Source of the DNA: a virus
Taxonomy: Duplodnaviria > Caudoviricetes
Length of the DNA stretch: 56,483 bases
Reading direction: 5' to 3' (one strand)
Virus record (IMG/VR): IMGVR_UViG_3300034093_004958
Span: 1-56,483 of that record
Positions 1-10,138 of the stretch are shown piece after piece (the first letter of the stretch is position 1; each line of letters begins with the position of its first letter). The notes under the pieces are model-generated. The model saw nothing but the letters and a program-made list of their open reading frames with translations. It had not been told where the DNA came from and made no database searches. Made by a program: the position numbers and the translations under genes.

Positions 1-82
1 AGTATTTATCATATCTTACTCCAGCACGATTCAAAGCAATCTGCCCACAACTCATTCCGTCAAATAAACTTAATACATTCAT
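1..82 (-). CDS. DNA (cytosine-5) methyltransferase, N-terminal fragment (runs off the window)
   Basis: Not in ORF track. Manual translation from ATG at 82 gives MNVLSLFDGMSCGQIALNRAGVRYDKY, matching C5-MTase motif I (SAM-binding LSLFxG). Confidence 0.85.
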   Translation of the reverse strand, partial: MNVLSLFDGMSCGQIALNRAGVRYDKY

Positions 83-84
83 AT

Positions 85-127
85 CATTCTCACATAAAAA
101 TATCTATTTAATTATAGTTATTTATTT
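85..127. repeat. 43-bp direct repeat, copy 1, flanking HNH gene
   Basis: cattctcacataaaaatatctatttaattatagttatttattt is identical at 85-127 and 700-742. Confidence 0.95.
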
Positions 128-639
128 TATTTTATTTCTACATGTTTCCAAAACTTTCTTCTTAAAATCCTGCTTACCTGCTGTTGACCAATCCCAAAAT
201 GATCCGCAATTCTTTGTTGAGTCCATTTTTCTATATTTCTTAAACGAAAGATTTCTATAACAATGGCTTCAGTTATTTTAGCACTTCCATTTTTTTCGCC
301 TTTAGCGTTTAACCCAAGTTTTTTAGCATGATCTATATTTTGTTTACATGTGCACCACTCAAGATTGCTAACATGATTATTTAATTTATTTCCGTCGATA
401 TGATTGACTTGTTTGTAATTATTTGGATTAGGTATAAAGCAAATAGCAACTAATCTATGTACAGAATATTTTTTTTCTGTACCATTAAACGATAAACCAA
501 CTCGCATATAACCCCTGGTATTATTAATACTAGGTATTTTTCGCTTTCTTTTGCCTGTACCACGATAATTAAAGCTATCAACATTTCCAAAATTAGAAAC
601 TTTATATCGCTCGCTAAAATCTTCCCAAAGTTCTTGCAT
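127..639 (-). CDS. NUMOD4-HNH homing endonuclease with C-terminal HTH
   Basis: W..F..RYKVSNFGNV (NUMOD4), VHRLVA..F..N....VNHIDGNKLNN...NLEW (HNH_3) and a C-terminal TQQRIADHFGIGQQQVSRI HTH. Confidence 0.92.
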   Translation of the reverse strand: MQELWEDFSERYKVSNFGNVDSFNYRGTGKRKRKIPSINNTRGYMRVGLSFNGTEKKYSVHRLVAICFIPNPNNYKQVNHIDGNKLNNHVSNLEWCTCKQNIDHAKKLGLNAKGEKNGSAKITEAIVIEIFRLRNIEKWTQQRIADHFGIGQQQVSRILRRKFWKHVEIK

Positions 640-699
640 CTCACATTTCCATAATATTTATTATTTATGTTTTAGTAGAAACACAATAAAAAGATATGA

Positions 700-742
700 C
701 ATTCTCACATAAAAATATCTATTTAATTATAGTTATTTATTT
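700..742. repeat. 43-bp direct repeat, copy 2
   Basis: Identical to 85-127. Confidence 0.95.
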
Positions 743-1043
743 AATTTTGTTTAATATGTAAAGTATCTTTCATTTTTATTAAATCATCTTTAACTTCTTC
801 AAAGTTATCAGGAGAAAAAACATCTGTTCTATAAGACATTTTAAATCTAAAACTGGAGTCAGAGTAGAATCCTTTCTTTACTGATTCATTTGTTTTATCA
901 CAAAATCCTCTGCGAACTGCTTCGTCTCTTACGTACCTTGCAAGTAAAAAGGATTCTTTAGTAGGAGAAATTTCATGCACAGCGTTTGCTACCCACTCAG
1001 GAAGCCCAAGTTTATTTACAATATTTTTCCTATGATCACCCAT
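741..1043 (-). CDS. hypothetical protein
   Basis: 100-aa ORF co-oriented with neighbours. Confidence 0.6.
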   Translation of the reverse strand: MGDHRKNIVNKLGLPEWVANAVHEISPTKESFLLARYVRDEAVRRGFCDKTNESVKKGFYSDSSFRFKMSYRTDVFSPDNFEEVKDDLIKMKDTLHIKQN

Positions 1044-1066
1044 ATGTATCCATTAATAGAAACATT

Positions 1067-1615
1067 TTAATTACCTGAAAAGTCTATTCTTCTTGAAACA
1101 AAAGTATATGTACTATACTCTAATGTAACTATAAGCTTACCACATCCATATTTATTTTTATCCCAAGATACCCATGTATTATCTTCATTCTCTTCGGTTG
1201 GATATCCCCATGAATCATAGGAATCTAATAAAACATGGAACAATTTTTGATTCAGTAGTTCCTCGTTCTTAGTTTGCCAAGTTTCGGTAATATGTGATAT
1301 ACCTTTACTTCCTACAGCGACCCAAAGGCTCCATTCATATGCTTTGTCTTTATGATAAATTATAAACTCTTTTTCTTTTGAATTATTTCTTTTTACTTTT
1401 ATTAACTTGACACCAGTTTTCTTGGATAAGTCTCGTAAAAAAGCTATAGCTTGAATAGAATCCCTCGCAGGGTTTTCAAGGTCTTTAATACAAGGTGAGG
1501 TCATATATGTATTAACTACTTTAAAAAAGTAGTCATACTTAGATTTTGTATCCTTTGCATAGACTGGAAAAAGAGAGAGGAAGAAGAGAAGAATAATGCT
1601 GCTTATATACTTCAT
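1067..1615 (-). CDS. putative secreted protein
   Basis: Likely start MKYISSIILLFFLSLFPVYA (signal peptide ending VYA). TATATTTG promoter element at 1640-1647. Confidence 0.65.
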   Translation of the reverse strand: MKYISSIILLFFLSLFPVYAKDTKSKYDYFFKVVNTYMTSPCIKDLENPARDSIQAIAFLRDLSKKTGVKLIKVKRNNSKEKEFIIYHKDKAYEWSLWVAVGSKGISHITETWQTKNEELLNQKLFHVLLDSYDSWGYPTEENEDNTWVSWDKNKYGCGKLIVTLEYSTYTFVSRRIDFSGN

Positions 1616-1680
1616 ATATTTTCTTTTTAATAATTTATACAAATATAGTAATAAAAGTTTTTAAAAACTATATAAAAAAT

Positions 1681-2316
1681 TTATTCAATCTCATGATTAT
1701 AAAAATAGTAAGCTGTATTACCGTAACTTCTATCAATGTCTTCACTTGATCTTAGAGGATTATCAATTTTAATTTTGGGAGGATTATTTTTATCATAAGG
1801 GATGATAAAGTCTGGATTATGCCATCTTAATAAATTATTAGGTTGTATGCAAAAATTGCCATCTTCTAATTCTATAAATTGGTAGCATTTACTATCCATA
1901 TCTTGAGAATATCCTACATGTATTTCATTTACATCTGTATAATAGTCATCAATGGTAAAATGATAAATACCACTACGCCATTTCTTATCTCTACAAAATA
2001 CATCTACTCTTTTATGTTGTAAAAATTTAAAACAACATGTTGATATAGCACTAGATTGACAATCCCAAGTTTGTAACAATTGTAATCTAGTTTGTTCATT
2101 TGAAGACAAAATATCAAAATTTTCTTTATGAAAGAATGCATTGATTGGTATATTCCAAAATACTGCTCCAAGTTCACTTTGAAAGTGAAATAACATTGGA
2201 TAATTTATCATAGATTTCACCCCAAAGATATATCCCTGTAAATGTTTTTCATAACCTGTTATTTCCTTTCTGATATAACATTGTATATTAGGAGTGTTAG
2301 CATTTAATTGTGCCAT
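1681..2316 (-). CDS. conserved T4-like phage hypothetical protein
   Basis: MAQLNANTP..CYIRKE, LQTWDC and FCIQPNN resemble, from memory, a family common in aquatic T4-like phages. Confidence 0.6.
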   Translation of the reverse strand: MAQLNANTPNIQCYIRKEITGYEKHLQGYIFGVKSMINYPMLFHFQSELGAVFWNIPINAFFHKENFDILSSNEQTRLQLLQTWDCQSSAISTCCFKFLQHKRVDVFCRDKKWRSGIYHFTIDDYYTDVNEIHVGYSQDMDSKCYQFIELEDGNFCIQPNNLLRWHNPDFIIPYDKNNPPKIKIDNPLRSSEDIDRSYGNTAYYFYNHEIE

Positions 2317-2443
2317 CTGATATTGTTTTTGAAATTATATATGTTTTATTGAGTATCAATTTTTATTACTTATAAAAAAATAGCATATGATTTATGTATT
2401 CATCATATGCTATAATATTATCTTAATTTATATAAATAGTAAT

Positions 2444-2860
2444 TTATAAAAATTTGTTATGTTCGTATACTTTAGAAAAGTTTGATGTTTTAAAGCCATG
2501 TTTTGCATAAAATTTTAATGAGTTTTCAGTAGCATTAAGAAAAATCCATTTAATTCCAAATTCTTTAACGTGGGATTCGAAATAATTTAATATTTTACTT
2601 CCATAACCGTTGCCTTGTTTCGCTGGATCTGTTGCAATATACCACAACATACATCCATCGTACGATAGTCTTTCAGCCAGTAACACAGAAACTAAGATAC
2701 TTCCCTCTTCATACAATCCGAAAGCAAAACACTCAGTATCTGTTATAAAGTTCAGAGTACTACTTATGTCAGGATAAGTACCCTCAGATGATCTGAGCGA
2801 GTCTTGTTTTAAGATCGCAAGAAGATTGTCGATGTCTCCCAATTCCAATTGTTTAATCAT
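2444..2860 (-). CDS. GNAT family N-acetyltransferase
   Basis: Motif A (YIATDPAKQGNGYGSKIL) and motif B (LNATENSLKFYAKHGF). Confidence 0.9.
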   Translation of the reverse strand: MIKQLELGDIDNLLAILKQDSLRSSEGTYPDISSTLNFITDTECFAFGLYEEGSILVSVLLAERLSYDGCMLWYIATDPAKQGNGYGSKILNYFESHVKEFGIKWIFLNATENSLKFYAKHGFKTSNFSKVYEHNKFL

Positions 2861-3344
2861 ATATTAATTGATTAATTTTTATAAGAAAAATTCAACATAT
2901 ACTAATCATTAATTAATATTGATTAGATACATATAAACTTTATCTTATTTTTTTGATATATCAGATTATTTTAAACGTTAAAGCCAATAGAATACACTTC
3001 ACCTTCATAGTCTTTCAAATTTGAAGATTAGTTATTACCGTTTTTAATTTTTGTAGTTCGTGAGGAAGAATTTAGCCAATGACTCGTTTGCTGCTTTTTT
3101 GTCCTTCAAAAGTGTAAACTTTTAATTACCTATATACAATAGAAAAAGTATAATACGTTAATGTATACTTTCCTATCTAGTGTTAGGTTTAAATTTATTA
3201 CTTTAATGGTAAGTATTATATATCTATTTTTTTTCTGTTTTTTTTCAAAAAAATGCTTTTTAGAAAAGTTTTTTCAAAATTTTTTTTATTTATGTAAATT
3301 TTTTAATTTTGTTAAATTTTTTTTTCAAAAAGGAGTAATCCACT

Positions 3345-3728
3345 ATGGATTTACAATCATTTACTTTGGGGATTGTTAGTGTAGTGATATCGATTATGAT
3401 TGGTGTCATTATATTTACATTCTTGAGAGTGCAAAAGTATCGTAAAGAGATTACATCTCTGAAGGAAGATTTAAGGCATTTAAATAATTTTATGCATGAT
3501 TCTTTGCAAAAAACACAGGATCGTCTTTCGAAAATAATGGAAGGTGATAGGCAGGAAATGTTTAAAATGTTTGATGAATTCAAACGAGATTTGAATATTG
3601 TAAAAGAAGATATACAGTCAAAAGAATCTTCTCTTACTAGTCACATTAATCAACGATTCGATAAATTTGAAAATAGGCTAAATACTTCCTGTTTCAAAAG
3701 TAATAATGATGATACATTATATTCATAA
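3345..3728 (+). CDS. membrane-anchored coiled-coil protein
   Basis: GGAG RBS, N-terminal TM helix, heptad-rich remainder. Confidence 0.65.
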   Translation: MDLQSFTLGIVSVVISIMIGVIIFTFLRVQKYRKEITSLKEDLRHLNNFMHDSLQKTQDRLSKIMEGDRQEMFKMFDEFKRDLNIVKEDIQSKESSLTSHINQRFDKFENRLNTSCFKSNNDDTLYS

Positions 3729-3747
3729 GTATAATTTAAATTAAAAC

Positions 3748-3782
3748 AAAAAAGAGTCTTCTTTTCAGGAGACTCTTTTTTT
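3748..3782. terminator. bidirectional intrinsic terminator
   Basis: aaaaaagagtcttc-tttca-ggagactcttttttt hairpin between convergent genes. Confidence 0.75.
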
Positions 3783-3894
3783 GTTCCCATACATCCCAAA
3801 TGCAAGATATATGAGACAGTTAACAGTTTTGATATTTAGTTAACATATTAATATACGAAAATAATTTTACTTATTATATTGCTTTTAAAAAATA

Positions 3895-5475
3895 TTAGCA
3901 ACCAGTTTTTTCTTTATATTCTGTTAGAATAGAAATTACTGATGGAATACTTTCTATTGGTATTTTATTTTCTTCTATTATTTCTAAATTCAAGCATGGA
4001 TTTGAACCGAACTCCAAGAACTGACGAATTATTTCTAATAGGCTAGAATCTTGTGTTTTAATGTATCTGCTGATGATTAAAACTATTGGTGTAAACCTTT
4101 TAGCTCCTGGAGCAAGAGCATTTAGGTTCATTCCTTTTTCTATGAACGATGAAATTAATTCTGAATAGTCTTTATATGATAATGAATCTTCACTTCCATT
4201 TGGGCTTATTTTTATTGATGATATGAAGAATGCAGATTTATTTTCTATTTCTTCTAAATTTTTTGAACTTTTATCATAATTTGGTAAATCCTTTAATACG
4301 ATAAGAGTTTTATATTTCTTTTCATATAATGCCTCTAAAAGAATATTTGATTTTCCATGTTCTTTTGTTCCAGCACCATCAGCACCTTTAGAAATCAGAT
4401 ACTTACACATTTTCATCGTTTCTATATCTTCTTGTTCTAAAGGTAGTGTTGGAGACTTTGAACTTATACACATCATAATAGGAGTCAATCCATTTTCTAA
4501 CTTTTCATTAATAGCTTCTGGATATTTATCAAAGTACGTTTTAATAATTTTTTCATTGAGAGTTTTTAATCCTAAAATCAAAACTTTATCTAGATCTTTT
4601 CTTGAAAGTTTTGAGAACAGATCAGTCTGATAAATCATTGTTGCTATGCTATCAAATTTCTTTTTAGGATCTTGTAAGTATTTATTTAAAAATGAACCGA
4701 GAGAATCTTTTAATACTGGATTATTAGTTTTCCAGAACTCCAAAAGAGATTCTATAAACTGTGGGTGGCTTTTGATAAAATCATCAAAGGAAACTTCACT
4801 ATTCCTATAATCTTTAAATTCAAAGTTCTTTTTTACACCAAGGAATAGTTGATGATTTAACATTTTATCCTTTTTATTATGAAAGATATAAAGAGGTGAA
4901 TCATTTGAATATGTTTCGTAATGCTCCCTTTCATTAGAAGGAGATGCTGTGCACCATTGTGCACCATCACACCAGAATCTAGACTGTGGATATGTAAGTG
5001 GGATTATAATCTGCCATTCAGGATCATCATGTATTTCAATATATTCGTCATGAATAGCAATCTTACTTTTAGCTTTCTTTTCTTTTAATCTTTCTTTTTT
5101 TGAGATATGCAGTTCATTTTCTTGAATGTAACTTGTAACTTCTCTTAGATCATCAAAAGTCTTTGCATTATTTATATTCTTGTATGTATTCTCTATTGGT
5201 AGACGTTGTTTCCCCAAATTATAAATACGTAGAAGTTCTTTGACATTACTTAGTTCAATCTTAAATTCAGAGAAGTCATATTTTTTGTACATATTAAAAA
5301 GCCACTGACGATACTCTTTATTTTCAGTCGGATCTGCATTTAATATTTCTTCACCTAATTCATCAGTCATCTGAACTCCATCTGTAGATGTATATTCAGA
5401 GAAATATGATTTATATAATTCTACATAATTCTTATCTTCAAATAAAAATTCAAACGATTTAAATGAGGTTATCAT
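3895..5475 (-). CDS. putative packaged protein with 'WCT' domain and ankyrin-like repeats
   Basis: N-terminal MITSFKSFEFLFE tag; IIPLTYPQSRFW..GAQWCTAS..HYETY domain; GLTPIMM..YLISKGAD and FTPI..FLEFGSNP ankyrin-like repeats. Confidence 0.65.
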   Translation of the reverse strand: MITSFKSFEFLFEDKNYVELYKSYFSEYTSTDGVQMTDELGEEILNADPTENKEYRQWLFNMYKKYDFSEFKIELSNVKELLRIYNLGKQRLPIENTYKNINNAKTFDDLREVTSYIQENELHISKKERLKEKKAKSKIAIHDEYIEIHDDPEWQIIIPLTYPQSRFWCDGAQWCTASPSNEREHYETYSNDSPLYIFHNKKDKMLNHQLFLGVKKNFEFKDYRNSEVSFDDFIKSHPQFIESLLEFWKTNNPVLKDSLGSFLNKYLQDPKKKFDSIATMIYQTDLFSKLSRKDLDKVLILGLKTLNEKIIKTYFDKYPEAINEKLENGLTPIMMCISSKSPTLPLEQEDIETMKMCKYLISKGADGAGTKEHGKSNILLEALYEKKYKTLIVLKDLPNYDKSSKNLEEIENKSAFFISSIKISPNGSEDSLSYKDYSELISSFIEKGMNLNALAPGAKRFTPIVLIISRYIKTQDSSLLEIIRQFLEFGSNPCLNLEIIEENKIPIESIPSVISILTEYKEKTGC

Positions 5476-5605
5476 ATATTTATTATTTTTAAACTAATAG
5501 CATAGTAACATATATATATATTAAATGTAAGGTAATTATAAAAAGAAAAAACCCACATGTTATACATAGGGTTTTTCTTAATACAACTTTAGAATTATAT
5601 TTATA

Positions 5606-6121
5606 CTACAAAATATTTTCAAGTTCTTTCATTTTATTATATTTATTATCTAATTTTTCTTTGTCTATATCAAGAAATGAAATATCTTTTAAATCTTTAG
5701 TAAAAACTAATACTACTGCATCTTTCCTATTACTTCTTCTATAGATTCTGTATAATTCTGGGGATGTTACAAAGTTTTCTTTGTCTATTATCTTAGAATC
5801 TAAAAGCTCAATAAGTCTAGGTCTTTCTACTAATATCCACGATTTCTTAGTTTCAAATGCAATGACTTGAGCTTTACCGTGAACCCATCCTTTTTTTCCA
5901 TGAACATTTCTAAGTTCTAACCAATGTATATCTTCATTATAATCTTCATCGTTTCTATTAAGTTTTTTCATTGTTTTAACATCAATATTGATAGTAAATG
6001 AAAAATCCCAATGCTCGTGTATATCTTCATATTCAGAAGCCATTTTGGTTTCTCCAAAAATCTTGAAGAGTTCACATAAAAGATATTCTGCTTCTTTACC
6101 TTTTTTTAAAAATGATATCAT
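5606..6121 (-). CDS. PD-(D/E)XK nuclease-like phage protein
   Basis: E...EDIHEHWDF...DVK...WLE pattern. Confidence 0.5.
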   Translation of the reverse strand: MISFLKKGKEAEYLLCELFKIFGETKMASEYEDIHEHWDFSFTINIDVKTMKKLNRNDEDYNEDIHWLELRNVHGKKGWVHGKAQVIAFETKKSWILVERPRLIELLDSKIIDKENFVTSPELYRIYRRSNRKDAVVLVFTKDLKDISFLDIDKEKLDNKYNKMKELENIL

Positions 6122-6213
6122 GATGTATTTTAAATAATAATTAAAATTTCAAAAATTATGTGGTACTTATACTTTAAATATTATCAAGAATATTTAAACA
6201 ATTAGATACATAC

Positions 6214-6456
6214 TTACATTTTTTTTGTAGGATCAAATTCGTCATTAAGGTTTCCGCATTTTGTACAAATAGCTGTTTCAATAGGTATTAATACTTCTTC
6301 ACCATTTGGAGAAGCAATTGCTGAAAGTTTTTTAAACATTAATACTGGCTGAAAAAAGGTATTACCGCATTCCGCACACAATATATCAGTTGCAAGTGAA
6401 ATATCCAGTTGCATTTGTTGGTTTGGATTACCTTGTGAATTATTAGGTTTATTCAT
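6214..6456 (-). CDS. small zinc-ribbon protein
   Basis: CAECG...CTKCG. Confidence 0.7.
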   Translation of the reverse strand: MNKPNNSQGNPNQQMQLDISLATDILCAECGNTFFQPVLMFKKLSAIASPNGEEVLIPIETAICTKCGNLNDEFDPTKKM

Positions 6457-6472
6457 TTTTTTTCCTTGAAAA

Positions 6473-6778
6473 TTAAAAATTTATTAATCCGATCTTTGCA
6501 TATTTAATTAAAGTATCCACACCTTTCCCACGATATTCAGTACTCTTACAAGTAAAAAAACCAGTACCTGGATAAAATTCAATAGTACCTTTTATACCTT
6601 TGATAATAAAGAAGCTATCATTAAATTTTGATTCATATATTAAACCAGATTTCTTTATCTTAGAAACTGCGAAATCTCTGCCAGCATCCTTTGAAGGGTC
6701 TTGTGGTTTTCTTTTATTGATTCCTTCATAAACTGGTTCACCGAAGAAATAACCTACGTTTTGTTCTTTTCTTTGCAT
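6473..6778 (-). CDS. hypothetical protein
   Basis: 101-aa ORF containing IEFYPGTG. Confidence 0.6.
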   Translation of the reverse strand: MQRKEQNVGYFFGEPVYEGINKRKPQDPSKDAGRDFAVSKIKKSGLIYESKFNDSFFIIKGIKGTIEFYPGTGFFTCKSTEYRGKGVDTLIKYAKIGLINF

Positions 6779-6882
6779 GTTTCTTTAAAGTTAAATTATT
6801 TTAATTACGATATTCTTTTGATCTGAATTAATGAATTTTGTTGTTTTATGTTATAAAGGATAAACAAAAAAAGTTTAATTTT

Positions 6883-7314
6883 TTAATTTGATCTAAGATA
6901 ATCATATTCACAAGGTATCCATTTAATATATTCGAATAAATAATAAGATGCGATTGTATCATATTCAATTTTATCTATATCTATATTTAATTCTAAAGCA
7001 ATCTTATATCCCCTATCCCAAGCTTCAATCTCATCTTTCATTATTTGGAAAGATGCTATTTTATCAACAGGCTTATTTACACCAAGTTCATGTATCTTCC
7101 AATTTCGTTCTGAAAAAGAGTCATCGAATCTATTCATCATATGACCCAATTCATGTAATATTGAATATAACCAGGTCTTTGTGGGTTTGCTTCTCCATAC
7201 TTCTGTTATTAATCGTTCATTATGATCAAATGACCACATATTACTTTTAATAACTTCTATATTTTCTCTCATACAATAATAACGAATCAATGCATGTGAT
7301 CTTAAGATATCCAT
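6883..7314 (-). CDS. zincin-like metallopeptidase (HExxH)
   Basis: ILHELGH followed by EIEAW. Confidence 0.65.
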   Translation of the reverse strand: MDILRSHALIRYYCMRENIEVIKSNMWSFDHNERLITEVWRSKPTKTWLYSILHELGHMMNRFDDSFSERNWKIHELGVNKPVDKIASFQIMKDEIEAWDRGYKIALELNIDIDKIEYDTIASYYLFEYIKWIPCEYDYLRSN

Positions 7315-7391
7315 GTGAACTACCTAAACTGGATAGTAAAAGAAGTCTACCATAAGTAGACTTCTTAAACTTCAATGATTTTAAAAATATA

Positions 7392-7490
7392 TTATTTTTG
7401 TTTCATAACATTTTTAACAACAGCAACAACAGCGATAGCAAGTGCAGCAATAGATGCGATCTTTACAATTTTTTTCATAATATTCTTCAT
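7392..7490 (-). CDS. small membrane peptide (32 aa, not in track)
   Basis: MKNIMKKIVKIASIAALAIAVVAVVKNVMKQK, followed by a hairpin at about 7340-7367. Confidence 0.5.
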   Translation of the reverse strand: MKNIMKKIVKIASIAALAIAVVAVVKNVMKQK

Positions 7491-7527
7491 TTGATTAAGT
7501 TATTTAATATATGTATCTAAATTCGTT

Positions 7528-7764
7528 TTAATTTTTAAAAGCTTCGCTATCTTCACTAGGTAAAGATTCATTTGTTGTGTGTTGTAGAATAATCGATAGG
7601 AGTGTTTTATAATCTCCTTTCACTGCCTCAGATGTTACAATATTAATTTCTTCTTGTAACCATCCTTCTTGTTGTGCTTGGATTGAAAATGCTAAAAGTA
7701 AATTAATAGCATTACCATCTAATTTTTTTGTATCCAAGGTGATTGGGTTTTTTGGTACTAACAT
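7528..7764 (-). CDS. conserved small phage protein
   Basis: LDGNAINLL...GW..EEI......GDY..LL pattern. Confidence 0.6.
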   Translation of the reverse strand: MLVPKNPITLDTKKLDGNAINLLLAFSIQAQQEGWLQEEINIVTSEAVKGDYKTLLSIILQHTTNESLPSEDSEAFKN

Positions 7765-7784
7765 ACTTCCTCTTTAAATGTGAA

Positions 7785-8327
7785 TTATTTCATTCGTCCA
7801 GAATACTGAGTAATTATATATGTGTCTTTATTTACAATATTATTAGTAAGCATAGTCATAATATTCTTATCACAACTAGTATTAAGCCATGTATAAGATG
7901 TGGACTTTTCATCATTTGCATATATCTTTCCCTTTTCTTTATATATGATTTCTAATTTATTCTTTAGGGCCTCAGCTATTTTAACTCCAGAAATTGACTT
8001 CACGATCAAAATAATTCCAACATTTTTGATTTGAGAATCACTATTAAATATAATTTCAAATTTTAATAAGTTTTGGTGTTTCCAGGATAAAGTAGAATCA
8101 GTTTCTTCAATACTATAACCGTCTCGAACAAGTGCATATTTAATAATTTCTCTGGTAGCATTCCAAGGTAAAATCCATTGTTTTCCTTCATCTGGAATTA
8201 AGTCATATTCTTCGCAATATGAAGTTAGAACTCCCTTCCTCCACCCAATAGAACTAAGTGCATCAACTTGAGCAAATGATGTGTCCACTGTCATTACAAA
8301 TGCGATAAGCATAATAATCTTTTTCAT
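7785..8327 (-). CDS. putative secreted protein
   Basis: Signal peptide MKKIIMLIAFVMTVDTSFA-Q with a Bacteroidota-style Q at +1. Confidence 0.65.
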   Translation of the reverse strand: MKKIIMLIAFVMTVDTSFAQVDALSSIGWRKGVLTSYCEEYDLIPDEGKQWILPWNATREIIKYALVRDGYSIEETDSTLSWKHQNLLKFEIIFNSDSQIKNVGIILIVKSISGVKIAEALKNKLEIIYKEKGKIYANDEKSTSYTWLNTSCDKNIMTMLTNNIVNKDTYIITQYSGRMK

Positions 8328-8392
8328 AACGTTCCTTAAATAATAAAACTAATAAATAATAACTTCTACATAAGTGTGTTTACTTTCTGATA

Positions 8393-8424
8393 CAAACCTA
8401 ATAAAAAATATTGAATTATCCAAA
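8393..8424 (-). promoter_or_regulatory. Bacteroidota sigma-A type promoter
   Basis: TTTG-N20-TAGGTTTG on the minus strand upstream of 8327. Confidence 0.6.
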
Positions 8425-8518
8425 TATTTTTTTATTAGTTTATTTTATTATTATCGTTGTATAGTTTTTAGAAATGTTAAGTACATGATAAATATAGATT
8501 TATAGAGTTTAAGCCGAT

Positions 8519-9178
8519 TTAATTATTATCGAATAAATCTATCAATTCTGGATCTTTATTATCTTTTGCCAATTCCAATGGAGTTTTACCATCTTCATTT
8601 TTAATCATTGGGTCAGCTCCTGCATCTAATAAATATTTAATTGCCTCTGGGGATTTATAGTAGAATAATACAGCCCAATGTAAAGATGTATTTCCATTAT
8701 CAGACTGAATATTTGGATCTGCACCGTTTTTTAAAAGAAGTTTAATACCTTCATTATTATCTTGATGCAAAGTATACATTAAAGGCGTCCATGTCCAAGT
8801 GTTATCTTTTATATTAACTTCAGCACCTGCATCTATTAAAATTTTGAGGAATTCTGTGCTATTATAAATTCTACGATCTTTTGAAGCATAATGAATTGCT
8901 GTAAATCCCTTATTATCTTTTATATTAGGATTGACCCCAGCTTCTAATAGTATCTTACAAAAATTTATATTACCGAAACTTACAGAATAATTCAAAACCG
9001 TCCAACCATCGTCATCTTTCCAATCAAGTTCAGCACCCATAGTAATTAAAGTTTTTACTAGAGTTAAATTTGGTTTACCACTTGCAAGTTCATCGATAAT
9101 CATTTGAGTTTTCTTCTGAGGTGTAACCATCATAAGCTCATATGGATCAAAGTCTTCAAATAACTTAATATATTTCAT
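8519..9178 (-). CDS. ankyrin repeat protein with MKYIKLFEDF N-terminal tag
   Basis: About 5 ankyrin repeats (GWTVL, GFTAIH, TWTPLM, GNTSLH, GKTPLE). Confidence 0.9.
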   Translation of the reverse strand: MKYIKLFEDFDPYELMMVTPQKKTQMIIDELASGKPNLTLVKTLITMGAELDWKDDDGWTVLNYSVSFGNINFCKILLEAGVNPNIKDNKGFTAIHYASKDRRIYNSTEFLKILIDAGAEVNIKDNTWTWTPLMYTLHQDNNEGIKLLLKNGADPNIQSDNGNTSLHWAVLFYYKSPEAIKYLLDAGADPMIKNEDGKTPLELAKDNKDPELIDLFDNN

Positions 9179-9990
9179 CCTATTATTTCTTTATCTTTAA
9201 TAGTATATCCTTCTACTGAACCTACTTGAGTATAATCAAATCCTTGTAAAACAGCTATCTTCTGTTCTGGGAAAAATCCGTATTCCACAGCAAAACACGC
9301 TTGACCCACAACTTCTGTAAATAAAGCAGGTAAAGCTTCTGGTGGAGCTAATTTCGCATGATTATTATAAGAAGCAATTTCTCCTTTATCTCCGAATGGA
9401 TGATCACCTAAAATATGAACTATAAAATCATGCACACATCTAAATATAACATTATCAGCAACAGTAAAAATTGGATGATTTGAATAGTCAACACTTATCA
9501 TCAAGCTACCTGTGTTCTCCCATTGTTCTTTCATATCTTGTTGTGAGATATAAGGTTCACCCTCTGTCTTTTGGATTACAAATAGATTACCATCTAAATC
9601 TAAAGTAGTTCCTACTTGTGAATCTTCTTGAGATATTAATATAATTTGAGTTTTAGATAATAATCTTTTGAAAAGAATATGATTAGAAATATTTAAGGCT
9701 TTCCAATGTTTTACTGCTATTTCATCAAATAATGGTGAATCATTATATGCTTTTGCAACAAGTTTTCGGTAAGTCCCCCATTCTTTTAACAATAACTTCT
9801 CGGATATGTTATTTCCGTGTTTAGAATTATAATTTTCAATTACCCAAGATTCAAAACTTTTTATTTTCATACGTAATCTTTTTTTTCTTCCTGCACAATG
9901 CGCCCTTTGAGAAAATCCTTTAGGGTTTTTGCAATCTATGCTTCGTTTATACTTTTGTGACCATTTTTCAAATAACTCAAGATGAGGCAT
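9175..9990 (-). CDS. conserved phage protein; small Cys module fused to HDxxxH zincin-like domain
   Basis: WSQKYKRSIDCKNPKGFSQRAHC module, second tag MKIKSFESWVIE, then FRCVHDFIVH...GE...ALFTEVVGQ...FPEQK. Confidence 0.6.
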   Translation of the reverse strand: MPHLELFEKWSQKYKRSIDCKNPKGFSQRAHCAGRKKRLRMKIKSFESWVIENYNSKHGNNISEKLLLKEWGTYRKLVAKAYNDSPLFDEIAVKHWKALNISNHILFKRLLSKTQIILISQEDSQVGTTLDLDGNLFVIQKTEGEPYISQQDMKEQWENTGSLMISVDYSNHPIFTVADNVIFRCVHDFIVHILGDHPFGDKGEIASYNNHAKLAPPEALPALFTEVVGQACFAVEYGFFPEQKIAVLQGFDYTQVGSVEGYTIKDKEIIG

Positions 9991-10089
9991 CTTTTTTTAT
10001 TATTTTAGTAGTAAGTATATATCTAAACTGATCTTCATTAAGTAAAACATAGTTATATTAATAAAAATATTATAACATATAATCATTCA

Positions 10090-10126
10090 TAGTAAAATAG
10101 TCAGGTTAATCCTGACTATTTTACTA
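10090..10126. terminator. 16-bp perfect hairpin, probable terminator
   Basis: tagtaaaatagtcagg-ttaat-cctgactattttacta. Confidence 0.7.
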
Positions 10127-10138
10127 CAAAACATAATG

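Noticed and set aside
2960-3200. Coding-looking minus-strand stretch (KVYTFEG...VIG*ILPHELQK) as a possible pseudogene
   Set aside because: Too short and interrupted to assign to any family by eye.
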